A stretch of DNA of 64,000 bases. Source: an uncultured candidatus Brocadiaceae bacterium (GTDB lineage: Bacteria > Planctomycetota > UBA11346). Under the pieces are notes generated by a model, which saw only the letters and a program-made list of their open reading frames with translations, did no database searches and had not been told where the DNA came from. The stretch is from assembly GCA_964652775.1 (NCBI GenBank), contig CAZZAM010000004.1, positions 112,947 through 176,946 of the forward strand, given 5' to 3'. How positions within the stretch are numbered: the stretch's first letter is position 1; each line of letters begins with the position of its first letter. The position numbers and the translations under genes were made by a program. Shown here piece by piece: positions 26,553-35,300 of this stretch.

Positions 26553-28118
26553 ATGAAACTGCGCATCGACAACCGGGACGTTGAAGTCGCTGAAGGCGCG
26601 ACCGTGTTGGAGGCCGCTACCAAGGCTGGCATCGCCATTCCCACGTTGTGTCATCTTCCGGGTAAACCCTGTCAAACGTCGTGTTTGGTGTGCGTGGTGC
26701 GCATTGACGGCGGCAAACGGCTGGTGCCGTCATGCGCGACCAAGGCGCGTGAGGGGATGCATGTGGATAGCTCGGGTCCGCAGATCCGCGCCGCTCGCCG
26801 CACGGCGCTCGAGTTACTGTTCGGCTATCATTACGGCGATTGCCTGGCCCCATGTGAAACGGTGTGCCCGACGCAATTCGATGTGCCCGAGTTGATCCGC
26901 TTGGCCAAGTCGTGGCAGCTTGAAGAAGCCATGTTGGTGATGTTGGAGCGTGCCGCTTTACCTGGTGTTTTGGCCCGGGTATGCCCAGCACCCTGCGAGC
27001 GTAGTTGTCGCCGTCAGCAAGGTGATGGTTCGCTGGCAGTTCGTTCGGTCGAACGCTTAGTGGCAGACGCGGACCTGGCGGCTGGGTGCGTGTTGCCGAT
27101 ATGCCGGAAAGACAGCGGTAAGCGCGTCGCCATCGTTGGTGCTGGCCCAGCGGGATTGGCCACCGCATTTCATCTGCGTCGTTTCGGTCATGCCTGTGCG
27201 CTCTTCGATGCGGCACCGGTTGCTGGCGGCGCGTTACGCAATGCGCTGCCCGAGGAAGTGCTGCCAGCCGCCGTACTGGATGCCGAAGTATCGCGGATTC
27301 TCCGCCTTGGTGCCACGTTCCATGGAGGTCGTCGGTTGGGCAGCGATCTTGTGCTGAGCGATCTGCGCCGCGATTATGATGCGGTAGTCCTAGCGCTGGG
27401 CGTGATTGACGCCGAGCAGGCAAAGGCGCTTGGACTCGCCTACGCCAAGAACGGTTTGGCCGCAGCCAGCGGCAGTGGCGCAACGGCACAGCCAGGCATT
27501 TTCGTAACCGGATCGGCGATGTTGCCAGCTCAACAAGCTGTGCGTGCGATTGCGTCCGGACGCGGTGTCGCCGTGGCGGTGGATCGTTTCCTGGCTGGTG
27601 CCGAGCCGCAGGCTGAAGGCCGCGGTTGGTCTGTGCGGGTGGGCAAGATTCCTGCTCCTGATCTCCAACACATGATTCGTTTGGCTTCAGCGAGTCCTCG
27701 CCACGAACCTTCGCCCGGTGGTTGTTTGGAGGAAGATGCGGCCAAGGACGAAGCCTCGCGTTGTCTTGCGTGCTCCTGTTCCAGCCGACATGACTGCACG
27801 CTGCGTCGCTACGGTGATGAGTACCAGGCCGAACCGGCTCGATTCCGCTCGCCTTTGCCGCCACTCCAGCGTGATGACAGCCATCCCTTGGTAAGTTATG
27901 AACCGGGTAAGTGCATCGCCTGTGGAATTTGCGTGAGCATTGCTGCTGATTATGGTGAACAACTCGGACTCGGCTTTGCCGGTCGCGGTTACACCATCCA
28001 GGTTGCCGTGCCGCTGGGCGGCTCGATGCGCGAGGCGCTGCAGGTGTCAGCCGTCGCCTGTGCGGCAGCTTGTCCAACCGGTGCCATTGCGGTAAAAGCC
28101 CAGGCATGCCCACCCTGA
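26553..28118 (+). CDS. Fe-S flavoprotein: N-terminal NuoG/HoxU-like 2Fe-2S ferredoxin fused to GltD-like FAD/NAD(P)H oxidoreductase
   Basis: MKLRIDNRDVEVAEGATVLEAA...CHLPG...C..C.VCVV (NuoG-N 2Fe-2S), CPAPCERSC (GltD-type 4Fe-4S), VAIVGAGPAGLATAF (Rossmann GxGxxG), and further C-terminal Cys clusters (CLACSCSS..C, CIACGICV). Confidence 0.75.
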   Translation: MKLRIDNRDVEVAEGATVLEAATKAGIAIPTLCHLPGKPCQTSCLVCVVRIDGGKRLVPSCATKAREGMHVDSSGPQIRAARRTALELLFGYHYGDCLAPCETVCPTQFDVPELIRLAKSWQLEEAMLVMLERAALPGVLARVCPAPCERSCRRQQGDGSLAVRSVERLVADADLAAGCVLPICRKDSGKRVAIVGAGPAGLATAFHLRRFGHACALFDAAPVAGGALRNALPEEVLPAAVLDAEVSRILRLGATFHGGRRLGSDLVLSDLRRDYDAVVLALGVIDAEQAKALGLAYAKNGLAAASGSGATAQPGIFVTGSAMLPAQQAVRAIASGRGVAVAVDRFLAGAEPQAEGRGWSVRVGKIPAPDLQHMIRLASASPRHEPSPGGCLEEDAAKDEASRCLACSCSSRHDCTLRRYGDEYQAEPARFRSPLPPLQRDDSHPLVSYEPGKCIACGICVSIAADYGEQLGLGFAGRGYTIQVAVPLGGSMREALQVSAVACAAACPTGAIAVKAQACPP

Positions 28119-28747
28119 CAGCGAGCGGATTAGTTAAACGGCACCTTGGTGCAGGCCGTGATATCCTTTCGCATCTCGACCTGACGGTACATTCCGGCGA
28201 GACGGTGGCGATTCTTGGCCCATCGGGCTCAGGCAAGAGTACGCTGCTGCATTGTCTGGGCACGCTGGATCGTCCCGACGCTGGCTGCATTCGCCTTGGC
28301 GATACCGATCTGCTCGCTTTGACCGGCGAAGATCTGCGGCGGTTTCGTGCGCAACGACTGGGCCTTATTTTTCAAGAGCATCATTTGCTGCCGCATCTGA
28401 GTGCGCTTGAAAATGTGCTGGTGCCGCCAGGTGCTCAGCTGGGATCTGCCCAGCGTTTGTTGAACCGTCTTGGCCTGACCCATCGCGCCAATGCGTTTCC
28501 AGCGCACTTGTCTGGCGGTGAACGTCAACGCGTGGCCGTGGCCCGGGCGTTGATCAATGCGCCGCACATGCTGCTGTGCGACGAACCGACCGGCAGCCTG
28601 GATCGGGCCACTGGAGTTGAAGTCGCTGGGATCATCTTCGAGTTGGCTGCCGAGGTAGGTGCGGTTGTAGTAATTGCGACACACGACGACGTGCTGGGGT
28701 CACGCTGCGCACGTCGCCTGCATCTGAACGACGGCGCGTTGGCATGA
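28106..28747 (+). CDS. ABC transporter ATP-binding protein (MacB/LolD/FtsE-like)
   Basis: Walker A GPSGSGKST, Q-loop, LSGGERQRVAVARAL signature, Walker B LLCDEPTGSLD. The ATG lies 13 nt inside the previous gene. Confidence 0.85.
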   Translation: MPTLTASGLVKRHLGAGRDILSHLDLTVHSGETVAILGPSGSGKSTLLHCLGTLDRPDAGCIRLGDTDLLALTGEDLRRFRAQRLGLIFQEHHLLPHLSALENVLVPPGAQLGSAQRLLNRLGLTHRANAFPAHLSGGERQRVAVARALINAPHMLLCDEPTGSLDRATGVEVAGIIFELAAEVGAVVVIATHDDVLGSRCARRLHLNDGALA

Positions 28748-31700
28748 AGATCATCACCCTTGCCTGGCGAGCGGCGCGGTACCACCGTGGCCTCGCCGGA
28801 GCTGCCGCAGTTGGCGTGGCGATCAGCACCGCGGTAATTACTGGGGCATTGTTGTTGGGGGACAGCCTGCGTGCGACCCTGAGACAGCAGTTGGATGCGC
28901 GTCTGGGCAATGTGGGTCAAGCGATCATTGCGCCGCGATCAGTAAGTCCGTCATTGGCAGACACACCCGGCGCCGCTGGCATCCGTTATCTTGATGGCAC
29001 TGCGGCCAGTGAAGATGGAGCAACGATTCCGGCCCGCGTATTGGGTGTTGATGAACGCAGTCATCTGTTGTTTTCTGATTTACCACCGTTGCCTCCACGC
29101 ACTGCGGCGGTCAGTCCTGCTCTGGCTCGTGATCTGCATCTCCACGTTGGTGATGGGTTGTTGGTCGCTGTGCGGATTGGTCAGCAGTTACCGGCTGGGT
29201 CCGCATTTGCTGAAACGCGTCACGAACGCCTGCAGCGGCGCATGCGCGTCACCATTGCTGCGATCTTGCCCGATCCCGGCGTTGGCGGATTCAGTCTTGA
29301 TCCCGGCCTCGATGCGCCGCGCAGCGTGTGGCTTGATCGTACCTGGCTTGCCGGCGTTCTCGGTGAAGACCGTATCGATGTCATCCTTGGCGATGCCGAT
29401 ACGCGACTTGATCTAGCGGCGCAGGTTGCGTTGACCGATCTCGGAATCCGTCTCGTCAACGATGTGAAACTCGGACAGGTGACCGTACAGAGCGATGGGC
29501 TGGTCATGGCGCCGGGATTGGCTTCGGCCGTACGCGGTGCGGCAAAGGCGTGTGGTAGTACTGCCGAAGCGAACGCGATTCATCTGGCCGATCGTATCGT
29601 GCGCGATGGTGGTGGTGAAGCGTCGTACGCGTTGATCGCTGCGCGTGAACGTACGGGGATTACCAAGCCAGCATCTGACAGCATCGATCTGTCAGCCTTG
29701 CTGTCCGACAGCATCACTCTGTCAGCCTGGCTGGCGGAAGATCTTGGCGCTGCAGTTGGCGATCAGTTACGCGTGCAATTTCCACTCGCTGGCGACCGCA
29801 TGGAAGAGGTGCGTCTGCGGGTGGGATTGATAATTCCCGACGACCTAGCCGCCAACGATCCCGCCATCGTTCCAGTCGTTCCTGGTCTCACCGACGCCGA
29901 GCGCATCGAGAATTGGGATCTGCCGTATGCCATTGCATCGACGCGCATCACGTCTCGGGACGATGCGTGGTGGGCCGCACATCACACCGCCCCCAAAGCG
30001 TTCGTGCATCCGTCGGTGTTACAACGATTGTGGGCCATGGGACCACTCGGCAGTGCTGGACCGTGGATTTCTGGTCTGCGCGTGCGTCCGCCAGCCGGCG
30101 AAGATCTAACGGCATTTTCTGATCGTTTATCATCTGCAGTGCGATGCGCTGTGGCGCCAGCAGATGCCGGCCTGTCGGCGCAGCAGGTGCGGCGACATGC
30201 TGAGTCTCGTGCACAGGGTAACGCTGATCTCGGAGGGTTGTTTCTCGGTCTCGGTATCGTGGTGATCTGCGCTGGACTCGCGCTAACTGCGGCTCTGGTT
30301 CGCTTACAGATTTGTCAACGCGCAACTGAAGTCGGCGTTCTCTTGGCGTGTGGTTGGAGTACCGCCGCGGTGCGTTGTTTGTTGCTCATGGAGGCAGTGA
30401 CCATCAGTGCGTTTGGTGCGGTGCTCGGCACGATGCTGGGTGTGGGATGGGCTCGTCTGCTCATTCTGTTGCTGTCCTCTGATTGGGCAGGCACAGCGGT
30501 TGCCGTGCCGTTGACCCTGTACCTCAGTCCGAGTTCCATGCTGATCGGTGGATTCATCGGTCTGGTGACGGGAACAATGGCTGCAGCGTGGGGTCTGCGT
30601 GCGCTGTTGCGGCAAGAACCTGGGACCTTGCTGATTGGATCCCGTACGCCGTCCGCCAACACGGAGCGGCGTTGGCGTGTGCCACTCGTTTTCGCTGAAG
30701 CACTGCGCTTTCCTGGGCGCAGTTTCCTGGCCATCGGCTTGATGGCTGCTTCAGCAGCAATCCTGATTCTCGTAGCGGCACAGCGACGCGGCGTGAGTGA
30801 GGTCGGCCGCGATGGTCCGACCGGCGGCTACGCGATGCGCGTCACCACGGCCTTACCGATTCCTGAAAATCTCGCGAGTCCGACTGGGCGCGCACGCCTC
30901 GGTTGCACGCCTGAAGAAGAACGTGTCTTAGCCGACATGCAGGTTGCTGCATTCCTGGTCGGTCCCGGTGAAGATATCTCGTGTCGTAATCCTGCGCGTC
31001 CATCCCAGCCACGCATGCTGGGATGTTTGTCGGCAATGAGTGGCTTTGGTGTAACGGCCACGGCTTGGGAATCGTTGTCTGTAGGAGGTGATCCAATTCC
31101 GGTTCTTGGTGATGCCGATAGTTTACGTTGGACGCTGGGCATTGGTTCCAGTGGCACGGCTCGGGTGACGATCCGAGGCAGCGAACGCGAAGTGCGGATC
31201 GTTGGCGCGTTTCCAGGCAGCGTATTTGCGGGCGAGTTGGTTATGGGTGAAGCTGCATTTCGCCGGTGTTTTCCGTCCGTTACTGCGCCAACCTATTTTC
31301 TGCTCCAGCTTCCTGCCGAGCAGACTGTCGCGGCGGCCACGATCCTACGCCGTCGGCTGGCTGGTTTTGGGGTCGAGGTGCGAGCGACGGTCGACGTCGT
31401 GACCGCCCAACTCGCGGTCCGCGATGCGTACCTGTCGCTGTTTCTGGCGCTGGGCAGCCTCGGCTTATTGATTGGTGCCGGTGGTCTTGCGGTCGTGTTT
31501 GCACGTAGTGCTTTGGAACGGCGTGCAGAACTAGCCTTGTTGGCTGCCCTTGGTCATCGTCCTAGTCTGATCCTGTTTGCCGGTCATACGTTGTTGTTGG
31601 GCCTTGGCCTGGTCGTCGGTCTCATCCTGGCAGCAGGTGCAGTTGCGCTTGGTCCTCCGACCCACGGGGCTTGGATGGCGGCTTGTCCAGCTGTTGTAGC

Positions 31701-31788
31701 CGTGGTGCTGACCGCCGTGCTGACCGCAGCCGTGGCAGCACGGCGTTGCGCAGATCAGGATTTGGTGCAGGAATTGCGACGTGAGTAA
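28744..31788 (+). CDS. FtsX-family ABC permease, large MacB-like with extended periplasmic domains
   Basis: 1014 aa; N-terminal TM then a long periplasmic region, two blocks of clustered TM helices (around 30.2-30.7 kb and 31.4-31.75 kb), consistent with duplicated FtsX domains. ATGA overlap with the ATPase. Confidence 0.8.
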   Translation: MKIITLAWRAARYHRGLAGAAAVGVAISTAVITGALLLGDSLRATLRQQLDARLGNVGQAIIAPRSVSPSLADTPGAAGIRYLDGTAASEDGATIPARVLGVDERSHLLFSDLPPLPPRTAAVSPALARDLHLHVGDGLLVAVRIGQQLPAGSAFAETRHERLQRRMRVTIAAILPDPGVGGFSLDPGLDAPRSVWLDRTWLAGVLGEDRIDVILGDADTRLDLAAQVALTDLGIRLVNDVKLGQVTVQSDGLVMAPGLASAVRGAAKACGSTAEANAIHLADRIVRDGGGEASYALIAARERTGITKPASDSIDLSALLSDSITLSAWLAEDLGAAVGDQLRVQFPLAGDRMEEVRLRVGLIIPDDLAANDPAIVPVVPGLTDAERIENWDLPYAIASTRITSRDDAWWAAHHTAPKAFVHPSVLQRLWAMGPLGSAGPWISGLRVRPPAGEDLTAFSDRLSSAVRCAVAPADAGLSAQQVRRHAESRAQGNADLGGLFLGLGIVVICAGLALTAALVRLQICQRATEVGVLLACGWSTAAVRCLLLMEAVTISAFGAVLGTMLGVGWARLLILLLSSDWAGTAVAVPLTLYLSPSSMLIGGFIGLVTGTMAAAWGLRALLRQEPGTLLIGSRTPSANTERRWRVPLVFAEALRFPGRSFLAIGLMAASAAILILVAAQRRGVSEVGRDGPTGGYAMRVTTALPIPENLASPTGRARLGCTPEEERVLADMQVAAFLVGPGEDISCRNPARPSQPRMLGCLSAMSGFGVTATAWESLSVGGDPIPVLGDADSLRWTLGIGSSGTARVTIRGSEREVRIVGAFPGSVFAGELVMGEAAFRRCFPSVTAPTYFLLQLPAEQTVAAATILRRRLAGFGVEVRATVDVVTAQLAVRDAYLSLFLALGSLGLLIGAGGLAVVFARSALERRAELALLAALGHRPSLILFAGHTLLLGLGLVVGLILAAGAVALGPPTHGAWMAACPAVVAVVLTAVLTAAVAARRCADQDLVQELRRE

Positions 31789-32995
31789 GCTTCGCCTCAG
31801 CGCGCTTATCGTTGCTATCCTCCTGGCAGCATGGATAGGCGTGGTGATGACGCGCTCTGAGCCTGTTCTTCCGACGCCGCGCTCCACGCTGCCGACCCAT
31901 CAGCCGCCGACGGCGTCGTTGCCTGCTACGGTTGCGCCATGTGAACGGGTTGATTGGCCGTCCTATCGCGGTTCTCCAGCCCTAGCGGGCACAGCGAGAT
32001 CTCTTCCTGGAATTCCAGTGCGAAAATGGTCCTGGGAGGCTGGAGCCTCCGTCATTGCCACGGCGGCTATTGTCGGTGATGGCGTCTTTGTTGCGACCCA
32101 GCGCGGCGTTTTGGCGCGATTACGCTTGCGGGACGGCCACGAAATGTGGCGACTGCCCGGCGGAGCTCCGTATGTCGGCAGTCCGCTTGTCGTAGACGGT
32201 ACAGTCTATGTCGGGGATGAAGACGGAGTTGTTCGTGCCGTTGATGCTGCGAGTGGCGCTCTCCGCTGGTCACGTGACCTTGAAGCAAAAATCATGGGCT
32301 CGCCGACGGCTGCTCCGACATCGATACTGATTGGCACATACGGGAATGTCCTGTTGCGACTCGCCGTCAATGACGGACACACGTTGTGGTCGGTCAACAG
32401 CGATAGCTACGTGCACGCGACTGCGGCGGTGGTCGGCGACTGGGTTGTATTTGCTGGATGTGATGCCGATGTGCATTGCCTGGACATGTCCGATGGCAGT
32501 CAACGTGGTCACTATCCAGGAAAGGATCCTTACGCAGCTGCGCCAGCATGCGTGGGCAACACAGCCTGGGTTGCATCGCACAGCGGAACCGTTGCGGCCC
32601 TGACGTTGCCTGCGGTCACGGTGCGTTGGCACAAGCCAGGCGGGATAGGCGAGATTACCGAGGCCGCAGCCGCAGATGGCATTCATGCCGTATTTGCGGG
32701 AGGTGCTGGCGCCTTGGTGTGCTTAGCCGCTCGTGATGGCGCGTTGCGTTGGACGGTTCGTCTGGGAACCGGAGTTCGAGCGCCGCCGGTGATCTGTGGC
32801 GATCAGGTCATCCAGGGTGCCGAGGATGGCGTGCTACGTGGCTTGGACCTGAGCGATGGCAAGGAACGCTGGCGCTTTGCTGCTGGCGGAGCAATCCGCG
32901 CTGGGGCAGCGATCGCTGGCCCGTGGTTGATTATTCCGACTACCGATGGAGCGGTGCACGGTTTGTGCGCTGAATCAACATCGTCTGGGCCCTAG
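31781..32995 (+). CDS. Secreted PQQ-like beta-propeller repeat protein
   Basis: Signal/anchor (LSALIVAILLAAWIGVV), a Pro/Thr linker, then WPSYRGS and repeated DG.VYVGDEDG / LRWS / GHTLWS blades. GTG start overlaps the permease stop by 8 nt. Confidence 0.7.
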   Translation: MSKLRLSALIVAILLAAWIGVVMTRSEPVLPTPRSTLPTHQPPTASLPATVAPCERVDWPSYRGSPALAGTARSLPGIPVRKWSWEAGASVIATAAIVGDGVFVATQRGVLARLRLRDGHEMWRLPGGAPYVGSPLVVDGTVYVGDEDGVVRAVDAASGALRWSRDLEAKIMGSPTAAPTSILIGTYGNVLLRLAVNDGHTLWSVNSDSYVHATAAVVGDWVVFAGCDADVHCLDMSDGSQRGHYPGKDPYAAAPACVGNTAWVASHSGTVAALTLPAVTVRWHKPGGIGEITEAAAADGIHAVFAGGAGALVCLAARDGALRWTVRLGTGVRAPPVICGDQVIQGAEDGVLRGLDLSDGKERWRFAAGGAIRAGAAIAGPWLIIPTTDGAVHGLCAESTSSGP

Positions 32996-33088
32996 CCTGG
33001 GATCGCGGCGTCCGGGGTTTGATGTAGCCCACTTGCGCAGTCGGTTACGAGACGAATGGTTGCCGCTCCTAGCAGCTGAGAGGCTTCC

Positions 33089-33358
33089 ATGCTTGCGTCA
33101 TTTAATGCATTCGTCCTGCGCCATATCGCCACGATTGAAATGATCGGTGTGCTCATGCGAATTACCTGTTTTGGCATGATGAGCTTTATGAACAAGGATA
33201 GCCCCTTTCTCTTCGTGTGGATATTCAATACCATTGACGCAATTATGTTGTCATGGTGCTCGGTGCTGCGACGAGACCGAGCCTACACCACGCTCAATGT
33301 TTTTTGGATACTCGTTGGCATTAACGGCATCGTGCAGGTGACGCGGGCGGCGCACTGA
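33089..33358 (+). CDS. Small hypothetical 3-TM membrane protein within an AT-rich islet
   Basis: 89-aa ORF with three hydrophobic segments. Local base composition (~33.06-33.36 kb) is visibly less GC-rich than the flanks. Confidence 0.35.
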   Translation: MLASFNAFVLRHIATIEMIGVLMRITCFGMMSFMNKDSPFLFVWIFNTIDAIMLSWCSVLRRDRAYTTLNVFWILVGINGIVQVTRAAH

Positions 33359-33507
33359 GAACCGTGGCGATGATTACGGCATCAAGTTGCTGAATGGGGC
33401 AAGTGACGTTGCGCGGCTCACCAGCAACAATGTTTTTTCGCTGACGGCAGACTAGCGAATGCTGTGGGTTTCTGTCTCGAAGCGGGACTGTCGCGTCAGT
33501 AACTGCG

Positions 33508-34704
33508 CTATTTGATTTCTACCGCGACCACGTCCCCTTTGGCGTTGCGGCAGAAGATGCGGCCACCGGCAATGGCAGGGGGTGTCCAGCATCTACCGGT
33601 CAATACCTGACCGCGGGTGACTTCTTTGAATGCGTCTGGGCTGGCATTAGCGATGACGAGTTCTCCTTTTTCACTGAGGATTACCAGGCGGTTTTCGTTA
33701 GCGACTAAGGTGCCCTGGCCGATGCCTTTTTGCTCCCACTTCACGGTGCCATCGGTCCACGATACGCAACGCAGCATGTTTTCGTCATAGCCATAGATGT
33801 AATCGCCAATGAGTACCGACGGACTCATTTTGGTACGCAGTGATTGATTCTTCCAAATTTCTTTTGGTGTGCCGCTGGCGAAATCAAACATGCCGCTGCC
33901 AATGCCATAGCCGGTGCTGATGCAAATCTGGGTTCCGCGAATGAGTGGGTCAGCTGCGTTGACATCATATTTCGACTTCCAGGGAATATCCCACAAGATG
34001 CCGCCGTCTGATTTGAGCATGAAGAGTTTATCAGCGGAAAATACGGCGAATTGACGGTTGGCTGGCGTGCCAAGCGCAACCACAGTTGCGTAACCGGCCT
34101 TACCGGGTCCACTCTTCCACGCCACTGCTCCGGTTGCAGCGTCAAGACAAACGCCGGCCTTACCGACGTTCAAATACACTTTACCGTCCAGTACGAGTGG
34201 CGAGCTGGCAAAGCCCCAGGCCGGTTTCTCGGCGCCCAGTGATGAGGCGAGGTTGACATTCCAGGCAACGGCTCCGGTCGTGGCATCCAGGCAGTACGCG
34301 GCACCATCCTTGCTGAGTCCGTAGACTTTGCCGTTGCTGCATGTCGGAGTAGCGTTGGGACCACCTTCATAGCCATTCGCTGACAGCTTGGCTGGAAAGG
34401 TAAAGTTCTTCCAACCGGCAGCGGGTTTACCGGTGGCGGCATCAAAACAACATACTGAATCTTGATCGTCCGTGTTACCGACTGTGTACGCGCGTCCTTT
34501 GGCGATGGCGATCGCGGCGAAGCCGGTTCCTACGTTCGCCTTCCAAGCAACAGCGGGCCCGTCCTTGAGTTTCGCAAACAGTCCGGCATCTGCGGAAATA
34601 CCCGTGTGGTGGGGACCCCGGTATTGGGGCCAGTCTAGCTCGGCGGTGGTTGCAGCAGACAGAGAAACCACACAGACCGTGGAAGTTAGCAGTATGCGCA
34701 ACAT
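33508..34704 (-). CDS. Secreted PQQ-like beta-propeller repeat protein
   Basis: Signal peptide MLRILLTSTVCVVSLSAATTA, then WPQYRGPHHTG and repeated GKVYGLSKDG / GAVAWN / GKVYLNVG blades. Start set at the internal Met that has the signal peptide. Confidence 0.75.
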   Translation of the reverse strand: MLRILLTSTVCVVSLSAATTAELDWPQYRGPHHTGISADAGLFAKLKDGPAVAWKANVGTGFAAIAIAKGRAYTVGNTDDQDSVCCFDAATGKPAAGWKNFTFPAKLSANGYEGGPNATPTCSNGKVYGLSKDGAAYCLDATTGAVAWNVNLASSLGAEKPAWGFASSPLVLDGKVYLNVGKAGVCLDAATGAVAWKSGPGKAGYATVVALGTPANRQFAVFSADKLFMLKSDGGILWDIPWKSKYDVNAADPLIRGTQICISTGYGIGSGMFDFASGTPKEIWKNQSLRTKMSPSVLIGDYIYGYDENMLRCVSWTDGTVKWEQKGIGQGTLVANENRLVILSEKGELVIANASPDAFKEVTRGQVLTGRCWTPPAIAGGRIFCRNAKGDVVAVEIK

Positions 34705-34783
34705 GAGATGCTCCTGGCGGTGCGAGATTGCGGCAGTTGATCGGGTCAAGACCGAAATGGAAGCCACGGTCGACAGATGAAAG

Positions 34784-35284
34784 TCAGTGCCGTCGTGCAC
34801 GTTGGGCGGCACGTTCGACGAGTGCCATTTCCCGACCAGCGTCTGCAATCCGACCCAAGTTGACAAGAAAAGCGGCTCTTTCGTCGGCTGGAATGCTGGC
34901 CATTAATTGATTTTGCAGGGCCATCGCTATTGGCTTAACGCGTTTATAGACTTCCTGACCCTGAGTGGTGGCAACCAAGACGTTACAGCGTCCATCGAGT
35001 TCGTGGTTGGTGCGTGCAATCAACTTGGCGCCTTCCATACGCGACACCAGCGAAGCGATGGTGTTTTCGTCACTTGCCATGAGTTCGGCCAGGATGCGTT
35101 GAGTGACGTCTGTGGGATGCTCGACCAGCCAACGCAGGACGGTGAACTGATCAGGGGTGCAGGTATGTTCGCTAATCCGCCGGCGAAATACCTGGTTGAG
35201 TTGAAACCAGCATCGCCGCAACGTCGGAGCCAGACGATGGACCTGTGGGGGGTCGGCAATAGTGACAGGGGATGCCATAGACAT
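34784..35284 (-). CDS. MarR-family transcriptional regulator
   Basis: 166 aa; winged-HTH region LTPDQFTVLRWLVEHPTDVTQRILAELMASDENTIASLVSRMEGAKLIAR typical of MarR. Confidence 0.85.
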   Translation of the reverse strand: MSMASPVTIADPPQVHRLAPTLRRCWFQLNQVFRRRISEHTCTPDQFTVLRWLVEHPTDVTQRILAELMASDENTIASLVSRMEGAKLIARTNHELDGRCNVLVATTQGQEVYKRVKPIAMALQNQLMASIPADERAAFLVNLGRIADAGREMALVERAAQRARRH

Positions 35285-35300
35285 ACGTATACATATAGAT
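35279..35300. promoter_or_regulatory. Candidate MarR operator / divergent promoter region (AT-rich palindromic segment)
   Basis: acatacgtatacatatagat contains the overlapping palindromes ATACGTAT and GTATAC. It sits immediately upstream of the marR start, in the ~230-nt AT-richer gap before the propeller operon. Confidence 0.25.

Noticed and set aside
26617-28290. 557-aa minus-strand ORF antisense to the GltD-like flavoprotein gene
   Set aside because: Arg/Pro/Ala-rich, low-complexity translation typical of antisense frames in high-GC DNA. The sense strand carries clear Rossmann and Fe-S motifs.
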